Notes under the pieces: model-generated
Seen by the model: only the letters and a program-made list of their open reading frames with translations
What the model was told of the DNA's origin: nothing
The model's database searches: none
Source: Lama glama
Lineage: Eukaryota
Direction of reading: 5' to 3'
DNA: 64,000 bases
Assembly (NCBI GenBank): GCA_028534125.1
Contig: CM052816.1
Location: forward strand, 37,822,001 to 37,886,000
Program-made: the position numbers and the translations under genes
Shown here: positions 13,326 to 24,589 of the stretch, one piece after another
How the letters are laid out: every line of letters begins with the position of its first letter
How positions within the stretch are numbered: position 1 is the stretch's first letter

Positions 13326-14383
13326 GTAACAGCCATACATCCTTTGACAACAGACAGAATATGGACAAGTGAATTGTATTCCTAATTATTAAAAGTGTTA
13401 TACAGAGGGTATACAATGGGGGTCTTTTTACACATTGTGCTATGTTTACACAAACATATAATCTATACTGCATCTTTCAAAATGATTACATTTATAGAAA
13501 TTAAAAGAAAGTTTATAGATGAGAAATGATTATTATTTTACAGTCATTTCATTGTAAACTTTTACCAATTGTATTTGTTTTAGAATCTTCAAAAATACGA
13601 TTTTACTAATACCTATTCTTTTAAAGATACCTCTTGGGAATCAGAATTATATATGATTTAATTTATTATGATGGACTCAAGGAAAACAATTGGGTCAGGC
13701 TTGCCTTAGGGCTGCCAGCATCAAACATATGAAGTTATTACAAGTAAGGTCTATAAAAAGTCGTAAAGCAGCAGTCTTGAGAAAAATGAAGGAGCCTGTG
13801 AAAGTTACTGTACTATTTGTTCACTTGGAAGAGGTTGGGGAATGATCACTGACCTCTAAGTAACAGAGAATGGAACTCATCTTTCACTTCTGAATGAGCT
13901 CCTTGCTGTAATTGATGGCATTTCCTGAAATGGCTGCGATCATTAGGGCTCCACTGACTGAATTAAAAGAAAATGAAGGATGCAGATGGCTGTAGTAAAG
14001 CACGGAAAATGCATTTCTTCCTGGTGACAGATACAACTGATCATTTTACAAGTAAGTGCCTCAGTGAAAGTGTTTCAGCTATGTAGTTCTCAGGGAAAAT
14101 GAAGAGTAATGTAAAAATTGGACAAGATGAAACTAGCTGTTTCATTCCAGATATTGACTACACAAGTCACTTTCAATAAATCAGCTGCTTATTGTACCTA
14201 AGACAGCAGTTTGTTAATATTACGAAGGTGCTACAAAATGTTCTTTTTGCTTAGGCAATCTTTGAGCATCATATGATAAAACAGGATGTTTCATTTAAAT
14301 TTTTTTCTATTTGTTTTCCAGTTACCAATACTTGAACTACCAGGTATGTTTATTTAGAAATAGCTTTGATGATCTAAAACAGC

Positions 14384-14604
14384 CAAAGGTCAGCGAACTT
14401 TTTCTGTTAAGGACCAGATATTATATATTTTAGATCTTGGTGACCTCCATAGTCACTGTTATAGCTACTCAACTCTGCCAGTGTATGGGGAAGCAGCCAT
14501 AGATAATGGTAAAAGAATAGATATAATCAAGTTCCAATAAAACTTTATTTACAAAACAAAGCACAGTTGGATTTAGCTCTCAAACTCTAATTTGTGGAGT
14601 CCTA
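14384..14604. mobile_element. MER58A hAT-Charlie DNA transposon
   Basis: GGTCAGCGAACTTTTTCTGTTAAGGACCAGAT...CTACTCAACTCTGCC...GCAGCCATAGA...GTTCCAATAAAACTTTATTTACAAAA. Confidence 0.85.
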
Positions 14605-16643
14605 ATTGAGCATATCAAATGATGTTGTGAGTTAGAACAATGACGAAGCTTACCAGCTTGCTACAATAAAAGAAATGAAGTGATCAATTTAAACACTTCA
14701 GTCTTCTATGGGGAATGGGGATATGAGCACTAATACCATTTAAATAAATACAGAATATCGTTTTAAAAGAACAACAGGTCAATGACATTCTGCATTGTTC
14801 AGCCATTATGAGAAAAAAACCCCACTTTATTATAACTATCATGCACATGGAGAGGCTTAGTGGATATTCTTACTAGATATTTTGAGTGCTGTTGCATCTT
14901 TATTTTTTACTTCAAGCTTTCTACATAATATTGCTAAAGCACTTAATTATTTATTTAAAATCTTTTGCAAATACAAGTAATTTTTAAGTTTCACTGGTTC
15001 ACCATAAAACCAACTAGAGGATTTTCAAATCATTTTATCCAAGTGCTTCTAAGAATAAATTTTTTTTAATATTCAAGAGACTTTGTAAAAAATTAGATTA
15101 CTAAGTTTCATGGAGTCATCACTTCAGCTTGTACTTTAAATGCTATGGCTATTTTTTCATTCTTCAAAAGAAAAAAATAACTCTTTAACTGAAGGAACTC
15201 ATCAGGACAAGGGCTTTGGGATCATTTAAATCTTTCAACATACAGGAACACTTGTGCGGTGACAATCATTTCTCCCAGTACAACTAAATAGTTTCTTGGA
15301 CTTGGCTAGATAGTAAGCTTGTTATCCTGTAGCCAAACATTTTATCCAGAGTTCCTGGAGCCAATTAGGGCTTTGAAAGTCCATTCAGTCAAGACATTAG
15401 TAATTACTTCACTGAAGACATCTAACTTAGACTTACTGGTTTGGAACTACAGAAATAAGGCACTATATTACTTTGATTACCAACCCTGTCTCTGTTCGAT
15501 TCTTTTTTTCAGTGACAAATCTGTAAAACAGGAGGTACTGCATAGGACCTGTAATAATTTCTTTAACTCAGAAGAGAATGTTTCTCAAAGTCAGCACTGG
15601 TCATTTTATTCTTGCTAAATGTTGCCTGTCACCTCCATAATTTCCCCTTTCCTCTTTCAGTGCTACTCAGAAGAGGTGCTCCTCTGTATTTGTCAAATTC
15701 AAGGATGTTCATGAACTGTCTCATGCTTGGAATCCAGTCTCTTGAAAGTCCTTCAGTTCTTCCCCAAGGCTGAGTGTTAACAGCTGACTTCCGCTTTGAT
15801 TATAACTTTCCTTATCTTTCAGGAATCTTGGGCCAAAAGGTTAAAACATTTTCTCAAGAAGCTTGCTGAGAACCTATAAAATACTATTTAAAAGTATTTA
15901 TGAAGGACTCATTTTTCAAAAAGTAATCATGAATAGTGATTTGGAAAATATAAAGAATAAAGGTCTAGTTTTAATTGGCTTTTAATATTAGACGTTCCCC
16001 CAACCACTAGTGTTTACTTTCCAAGAAGGGTATTTAACACTCATATGGGTTCCAAGTAAATAAATCATAATTTAATCTCTTGAAATCATCATTGAATCTT
16101 AACTTTAAAAATCCCTTCTCTGTAAAACAGGCAAGGATGTGTAAATGAATCATCTTGGAAAATATTTTTAAGAGCACAAAAATGATGTGGTATGGGTTAG
16201 CTTGACTATGAAGCACTTCTTTAGCATGTATTCTCTCTATTAATCCGAAATACACAATGTGCAGAACCCAGCTGTCTACATTCTTTGTAGAATATGAAAC
16301 ACTTCTTTTAAAAGTTCAAAGAACTAGTAGCAAAACAAAATTTTTTGGAACAAAACACAATTTTTCTCATTACAAAAACTTTGTATGTTAATTGTAGAAA
16401 AGACACAAAGAATAACATAAATTTCAGATGCCAGTATTGTTACACAGTGTAAGAGATTAATTGCAAAAGGTGCTGGAACCAAGTCCCAAAGGAATCAAAT
16501 ATATCAGTTAGGGATGTATTTTTTTCTACATATAGAGGGATTTCTTGTGTATGTAGTTAGATTAATGAAATTCTATGGAAATAAGTAGGAGACTTTATGA
16601 GTTCAAACCATGGTTAATAGAAGAAAACAAAATTCAACTGAAA

Positions 16644-16718
16644 GTATGTATGTGCGTGTATGTACATGTATGTGTGTGTATGTACATGTATGTGTGTATA
16701 TGCATGTGTGTACACACA
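16644..16718. repeat. Compound (TG)/(TA)/(CA) low-complexity repeat
   Basis: Read directly. Confidence 0.85.
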
Positions 16719-16809
16719 AAGAGAGTCCTTAGGAGAGTGAGAAAAAAATAACAATTTAGCTATTAATGAGACCAAGAGTGACTTCCACGAAAATTCTAGA
16801 GACTTATTC

Positions 16810-17131
16810 AGGAAATTATGGTTCACAAGCTAAATTCAGCCTACTATGTGTTTTATATAGTCGATATGTTAAAAATGGTCCAAAATGGTACATTTTTAAA
16901 TGGCCCCCCAAAAAAGCAGAAAAAAAAATCTTATGGCACATAAAAAATTGCAAGAAACTCAAATTTCAGTGTTAACAAATACAATTTTGAATTTGATTAA
17001 TAAAAATGTGTGGAAACTTATCTTTCTTTTTATATAAGCCCCTACTCAGTATCACTGATTTTGCCTCTTGACTGTTCAAGCCTAAAATATTTACCATATG
17101 CCCATTAAAAAATGGAGTTTATTATCTCCTG
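16810..17131. mobile_element. MER58B-like hAT DNA transposon
   Basis: TATGGTTCACAAGCTAAATTCAGCC...CTCAAATTTCAGTGT...AAGCCTAAAATATTTAC...CTCCTG. Confidence 0.7.
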
Positions 17132-17521
17132 CTCTTAGCACATTTTCTTGCATATTTATCATAAGTTTGCTCTCCTAGTTCATAGAAAATGGAAGATATT
17201 TATTCTTTCACACCTGTATTGTCTAGGGAATCTTAGAATTATAATAAAAGTCAGATAAACTTTTCTTTCAAAATTCTTTACTTGTAAAACTGTTATACAT
17301 GTAGGATATTTTCTTTCAAAGGAAATCTCAAGTTAAAGCTTCTCACAAATATGTTAAAATCAGAAACATAAACCAAACGATTTGAACCATTACAAAAATA
17401 CTGAGTAAATTTCTTTACTTCTATAGTACAGTGTTCTCAGTGCCTAGATAATCTCAAATCCTGCAATTTCGGGGGGGTTATGTAGACAAATAAAATTGAA
17501 ACAAAAAAGGAGCTGAACACT

Positions 17522-18428
17522 TACAGTAGGAGAATTTTGAAATGTCCCCCGAATCCCCCTTCCTTGTGTACATGCCGAGTATAACCCCATCTTCTTTAGT
17601 GTGGGCCAGATCAGTGAATATAATAGAATTTCACACTAGTGATTAAGTTATGTTTTGTGGCACAGTTGACTTCAAGAAAAGGAGATTATCTGGGTGACTT
17701 AATAACCAGAGTCTTTGAAATCTGGGTGTGAAGTCCGATGGAAAGTCAGAGATTCAAAGCAACAAAAGGCTGACTTCAGGAATTGAGAATGGTCCCCAGT
17801 CCACAGCCAACAAGGAAAGGGTGATAGTAAGGCCTATAATCTCAGGGAACTGAATTCTGCCAGTGACCCGAATGAGCTTTGAAGCGGATCTCAAGCCTTA
17901 AATGAGGTAACAGCCTTGGTTGATGCACTGGTTTTAGCCTTGTGAGACCATAAGCAGGGCAACTAGGTTGTGACAGATTGCTAGCACAGAGAAACTGTGG
18001 AAGAATACATTTGTAAAAATTTTTGTCAGTAGAAACCTCAATTGAATAGAGTTGGAAAACCCAGAAACCTCATGAGAATAGGGCTCTCATGTCCTGCAAG
18101 GAAGGATAGCAGAGCCCAACGGGAAGAAGAAACACTCCTCTTCTTTCCTGGCAAGAAGTCAGCCAATGAAAAGCCATGGACTCTTTGCTTACCATAGCCG
18201 TCCCAACTTCCTATTCCTCCCCATAAAAGCATCCTCCTTCCTTGCCATGTGGGATCTTAAACATGGCTCACCATGGTTGCAGATTTCGAACTGCAATTCT
18301 CAGTTAATCCCGAATAAACCTATCTTTGCTGAAGAAATATCTGGCAGTCTGTTTCAGGTCAACACTTTTGTGTTGTTTCAAGCTGCTAAATTTGGCAAGG
18401 TGCTGTAGAGCAAGAGAAACCTAATGCA
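17522..18428 (+). mobile_element. MLT1E-like MaLR LTR, interrupted by an ERV1 LTR at 18012-18364
   Basis: 5' part GTGATTAAGTTATG...GGCACAGTTGACTTCAAGAAAAGGAGATTATC; resumes after the insertion with TGTGTTGTTTCAAGCTGCTAAATTTGG...CTAATGCA. Confidence 0.8.
18012..18364 (+). mobile_element. Solo ERV1-class LTR nested in MLT1E
   Basis: TG...CA termini, CCAAT box, CATAAAA TATA-like box, AATAAA, and 4-bp TSD CATT/CTTT. Confidence 0.75.
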
Positions 18429-19939
18429 TCCCATTTCAAAGGGAAATAGCATCCTTCATCCTCTTTCTTGAGATACTTAGGAAACATACTTAATCATTTC
18501 TGGCTCAGTTGTCCTCCTTCAACTGAATGTTAATTTCCCAGTGTGTTATCCTTCACTTCTGTTTTTCCCTTTCTAACTCTTAGTGAGATAATCTACCTAC
18601 AGTTCTTTCATTTGTGGAACCATTTGAAGTGATTGGAGAGGCAGCAAAGGAAAGCAAGCATGTCATCAAAACAAGGTAAAATGAGTAGCAAATATTCCTC
18701 TAACAAGTATCCTTTGATCCTATGATTATGAGGGAATTTGGCATGTTTTCTACTATGTTCTGGTCTCTATCAGGAGATTCCCCTCTTTGTTAATTTGCAC
18801 CATATCCCTCAATTCCTGATCATATATTATGAAGAACAGTTAGCCTACTAGTTCCTTCAAGTTTTCCCCAGAGGCTTCTTTTTCATAATGCAATATGTAC
18901 ATATCTGTTTGTTTCAAAGGAAGAATGTGCTTTCCTGTAATAAACCACTTCATTCACTCATATATTCACTATTTGGGGGTTGTGGGAGGGAGGAAACATA
19001 TTGTAAGATTACAATATGTAAATGCAATATTCATGTAAGGTAGTTAAATGTACAAAAGTTTTGTGATGATAGCATAAAATACACATTACATACAAATTTT
19101 GCAGAGAAGCTTTAAAAAGTTGCTATATTCTTTTCTAGCAGTCTTTTCATTATTTATTAAAACAAAAAAAAAACTCAAAATGTAAACATGGAAGTTGTCT
19201 GACTTCCTACCAATTTGGTGTGAATATCAAGTGGCTAGTTATATATCCCAAGAGATTTTTTGTGTCTGTGAATGATGTTCTGACTGGTTGGACTATCAAA
19301 TTTTAGGGGATTGCTTCACAGACGCTTATGATATTTTAATTTTACCCCAATTAGAGGCTGCCTTTCTGCATTTTTCACCTCTATTTACTCATCTCTTTCT
19401 TCTTTTCTATACTTTGTACTGTCTATTTCAGCAAAAATAGCATACTTCCTTTTCGCTTTCTGGGATGGTCCACCCAACTTAACCAATTTGCATTTTTTCT
19501 ATACTAAGAAGGGTTCCTTATTGTTCTTTATCAGTGCTAAAAATGTGTCTCCTCTTTAATATTTCTATAAAATTTCTTAAAAGAATAAAAGTGGCTATTT
19601 TCCTAACTAAATTTATTCAGTGCTAGTCATTTCAATCATTTCAATAAATCATAAAGTGTTAATGTACAGATAAAACTACTTTTGTCTGCAACAAATGTCT
19701 AGACGTTGCCTTCTCTACTGCTTCTTTTCTCTTTAAAGAACCATGTCTTCCTTCTTGGTCTAAATGTACTGCCTATATGCCAAATTTCTTAGAGCAAAAG
19801 GAAAACTCAGAGATAACCTGACTTCAATTTATTCACTAGGTAGATATAGATTGTAACGTTTTAACTGAGTTTAACTCACCTGCCAAATACTGTGTATTTT
19901 ACATTCCCATTCTGCTGCGTGGTTACTACCAGAATCAGA

Positions 19940-20577
19940 ATGAGATTAAAGACCTAAAAGTAAAACTGGATACTATAAAACTCCTAGAGGAAAACAGGCA
20001 GAACACTCTGACATAAATTGTAGAAAAGTGGTTTTCTACTCTGTCTAGTAAAACAAAAGAAATAAGAGCAAAAATAGACATATGGGTCCTGAATAAACTT
20101 AGAAGCTTTTGCACAGCAAAGGAAACCACTGACAAAATGAACAGGCAGTATGAACGACAGAATACTACTCAGCCATGAAACAGAATGAAATCTTGCCAAT
20201 TGCAGCAACATGGATGGACTTGGAGGGAATTATACTAAGTGAAATAAGTCAGACAGAGAAAGACAAATACTGTATGACATCATGTGTGTGGAATCTGAAA
20301 AACAAAACAAGCTAGTCAATATAACAAAAAAGAAGCAGACTCACAGATACTGAGAACAAAGTAGTGGTTACCAAAAGGTGGGGAAGGGTAGGAGATGAAG
20401 AGGTACAAACTGTTGGTTATAAAATGAGCTATAATGATATATTTTACAACACAGGGAATACAGCCATTATTTTATAACTATAAATAGCTTATAACCTTTA
20501 AAAATTGTTACTCACTCTATTATACATCTGTAACTTATATAATATTGTACAACTACACCTCAGTTAAAAAAAAAAAG
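19940..20577 (+). mobile_element. 5'-truncated cetartiodactyl-type L1 with internal deletion
   Basis: ORF2 end (ACTATAAAACTCCTAGAGGAAAAC, GCACAGCAAAGGAAACC), 3'UTR and A-tail; the sequence jumps at ~20160. Confidence 0.9.
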
Positions 20578-22839
20578 AATAGGCTTCAGTTCTAGGTTTT
20601 GATTTTTTTGTACTACTTTTAAAATGTTTTCAAACACGTTTTTTCTGTCTTCCTGAGCTTGGTAATTACTGCTAGATTCACTTCATAATAATCACTCTGC
20701 AAACCTTCCAGGGTGACTATTATGCATCTTCATAATTACTGCTGAATTGATCATTTATCAATTGACTGACCTAATTATCGAATAAATGGTACTTTAATTT
20801 ATGTACCCTCTATTAGTAATAATATACTAAGGTATATATCACTAATATTTCTGTGAAATCTTTTTCATTTTTCTCGGACTCATTTAATTACTCTTTTTAT
20901 ATTACCATTGTATCTTACCTTGCTCTATTTCATATTTATCTTGAGTTTAAAATTGTTTAAGAATCAAACTGTATTTTATTTAAGTAATCAATGCCATTGC
21001 CTAGTACTACCACTATGTGTGTTCTACATTCAAGATATGCTTATTTTTTGAGTAGACAGCTAAGAGGCAACTTCCCAAAAGACTGTGTACACTTAGCAGA
21101 GCCCCTGTCTTACAGTTACGTATGCTCTTAGGGTTGATGCCCTCTGTTTCACATTATGAAGAGAGCATACTCATACTCCATAGAATTGTAAACCAATCAT
21201 TTTTATGACTACCACTAACAGTATATTTTTTCTGTTAGTTCTCCATTATAGTCATTTCATCAAATTAATGTTGAGTGGCTAATACGCAACTCATGAGTTT
21301 ATAAGCCTCCCTACATAGAGGCTTCACTACAATGAACAAACTAACATTTATGAAATCACCATGCACACAGAAAAACACTCTTTCTGAGGATTTTGTATGT
21401 CTCCTACCCAAAAATCTATTAGCTTAAGAAACTATATTCATTTACATTTTTCTGTGTCTTCACAGAACAGTATCTTCACAGTAATTCTAAACTTCCACTT
21501 TTATATATAAGGCAGAATAGCCCAAAGAAATACTCAATTCAACATCTTATTTTCATTACTTAGAAACGCAGGCGTAACTCTTGAAAACCTTTCTTGTGGA
21601 CATTTAGATGGAACTCCATGCTGTGGCTTGTCTAGCATCTTTTCTGGCTGTTAAATTATACATTTTGCTTTGTGTCACCAAGTTGATGTAACATCTGCAC
21701 TTGGAAAGCAAAGTAACTGGGCATAAAATAATGAAACTGGGTACACCATGAGCTATTTTTGAAAAACAAATTGTCCAGATTTTAAACTTGCATTTTTCAG
21801 TAAACAGTGCTATGTTTTAAAAATTACTTTGATGGCAAAATTTTTTTGAAAATCCATTAAACTTTTATATAGACAACGTGATGTCTATTTGCCTAAGAAT
21901 GATGGATTAGCTAAATATTCTTGTTAAATGTTTTGTCAGTTCCCCAATGTGTCTAAAATGTCTATCACATGCCATTCAGAAAGATGTAGTCAGCACTGAC
22001 AGAGAGGATAAAGGATACAAATAAGAGTGACAGAAATATCATTTTGAAATCTTGTACTCTTTATTCTGTTTGTGCTTGAACATTTGTTAGATGTTAAATA
22101 TCTTGCAGCTTCCACCCCAGTAGATGATTTCAAAACAGTATTCCTTTACAATACAAAATTTCCTTATCTTCCCAAGTATCAAGTAAAGAGTACGAACAGA
22201 GCTCTAAAAAGGGGAGTCAATGAGAAAAGTTTGTCAAATGACAACCTTAAAGAGGGAGAGAAACAAACTTCCAAAGTATGAACAGATACCGAAGGAATGA
22301 AGAGATTCTTTGGAGTTTCTCAGTATTTTATTAAAAACAGCTATAATGACTTTCTCTTTTTGGTCTACATTTATTTTAAATGAGGGGAGAGTGGCAGAAT
22401 TGCATGTACATAAACTATTGATTAGAAATCATAAATGAGCCTTTAAACATATTCATTGTGAGAGTGCTTGTGGATTTTACTGAAGTGTCTCTGCAAATTA
22501 CATTGAAAAACACTGTTTTCCTCAAGTAGACATTTAAAATGAAGGGGGGCCATAAGGGACATTGAAAAAAAAACTGAACATTTGCATCCTGGCAAGGTAA
22601 TTACTTAATTGTGCTCAAACAAGGAAAGTATTATAACCTTGTTAAGGTGAATTTTTGATTCCATACTATACTTCTGGAAAAAATTCTTCTTTAAAAACTT
22701 TATTTTAAAAAGTCAATTTTCTAATATGTTACATGAAAGAGGAAAGATCAATTATTGCACGATTCCTATCTCACTCTTCAGAAATTTATACTGACACTCA
22801 CTTGCCATATTAGTCTAGAAAATAACACTTAGTGATGGC

Positions 22840-23340
22840 ATATTTTAATGAGGTATGTGCAATTTGCATAAAGTGAAAGGCACATATGTTAAGTGTAAAG
22901 TTCCATGAGTATTCTCAATTCATACACTGGAACTATATATCCCAAACATCTGTCAAAAGTATAAAACATTTTCATCAGCAAGATACCTACGTCACTTCCC
23001 AGTTGATTTATACTCCCCATCCACAGGCAATCACAGTTCTGGTTTCATTTACCATCAAATAGCCTTGCTTGTTCTAGAACATCATATAAACAGAATAATA
23101 TACTCTGTACTCTTTTCAGTCAAGCTTCTTTCAGTTAGCATTATGTTTTTTAGATCCATAAACATTGTATGTATCAGTAGTTTGTTTCTTTTTATTGCTG
23201 AGAATTATTCCATTGATTTTTTTTTTTTTAACCCATGCTGGTATAGGTAAGCATTTCAGTTCTCAGTAACAGTTATGAACAAAGCTGCTGTGGACACTCT
23301 GGTTCATGTTTTATGCACGTGTATTTTCCTTTCTCTTCTT
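22840..23340 (-). mobile_element. Old L1 (L1ME/MD-type) 3' end
   Basis: Antisense 3'UTR motifs GTTCTAGAACATCATATAAACAGAATAATATAC, TTTTTATTGCTGAG and TATGAACAAAGCTGCT. Confidence 0.75.
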
Positions 23341-23700
23341 GCTCATCCTCTCCAATAGGGTGAACATGGTCCTATACACACACCGGATCAATGCACTGTT
23401 CTATGGTATGTCTAAGTAGCCCAGTCCTTTTTCAACTACACAATGACAAAGGGTACGGGAACTAACATAGCTCTGGGTAAAACCACAAATGTATACATTT
23501 TGCTATTCCATTTGAACATATACTACTTTATTTTCTGATTGGCTTAGAAAATAATATATTCACCACAGCAGTAAATCTATCTCTGGTAACTGAGTACACA
23601 TTAGTCTTCTCTACACAATATGCTAAATCAGGCCCAGCAGCCTTGATCATGGCTGCATTTGGGGTGAGTTTGTGGTTATCACCAGTCGTCAGTGATTTGT
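23341..23700 (-). mobile_element. ERVL (class III ERV) pol reverse-transcriptase fragment, decayed
   Basis: Minus-strand translation with frameshifts gives DNHKLTPNAAMIKAAGPD...VVNILFSKPIRK...WNSKMYTFVVLP/SYVSSRTLCH...LDIP*NSALI...IGEDE. This is colinear with ERVL RT (DYRKLN..IAAAVPD..LANAFFSIP..YTFTVLPQGYINSPALCH..LDIPQNITL..IGPDE). Confidence 0.75.
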
Positions 23701-24300
23701 TCCAAATCTTGACAGGAAAGTTGTTCAGTCTTTCACCATGAAATACTGTTTTATATACTCCTTATTATATTGAGAAAGCTTTCTTTGATTCCAGATAACT
23801 GTTTTTTTAGCAGTAGGTGTTGAATTTTGTAAATCTTTTCTTCTCCCTGCATCAACTGATGCTACTTTATCTTATTAATATGATGAATTAACTTGATAGG
23901 ATTTGAATGTTAAATCAAACTTTCATTTTTGGGATAAATCTCTCTTAGACATAATTCTATATCCTTTTTATGTATTGTTGGATTAAATCTGCTCTTTTAT
24001 TGAGAAATACTATTTTCACGTTATTTTGTTTCTATTACAGCTAGAGTATTTTATGTCCTAATTAACCTTCACTTATCTGTGGATATTTTCTCCTGTGCTT
24101 CCTTCAAGAAATTTTATACTTTTACTTTTACAGTAGCATACATAATCAATTTCAGTTTTGTGCACAGTGTGCAATGAAAGCTTTCTTTTTTCTTTTTCAG
24201 TATAGGCATTCAATTGTTACTGTACCATTTGTTAAAAGATTATTTTATACCCATGAATTATTTTGACATGTATGTTGAAAATCAGTCTATTATGTGTTTG
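23700..24300 (-). mobile_element. Old L1 ORF2 fragments
   Basis: Antisense ORF2 motifs TTCAGTCTTTCACCA, GTTGAATTTTGT, TTGGGATAAATC and GTACCATTTGTTAAAAGA. Confidence 0.65.
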
Positions 24301-24589
24301 TAGCCATGTTTATTTTTTCCAGTTTTATTATGTAGAATTATTACAGCTCCACTGAACATACACATTATATTGCATGTAACTACATATAAACAGTATATTG
24401 CACATTTTTTTAGTTTTCATATATGTACTAATTATTGTTTCTAAGAACAAACTGGATCTTTAGCTTTTTAAACTTACATAGTTATCAAAGGAATAAAGCC
24501 AACTATAAAATAAGAATCAACCGAATGCCGTAATTCAATCATAAAGGACAGTCAAGTGTGCTTACACATATTCAAGAAATCAAAATAAT

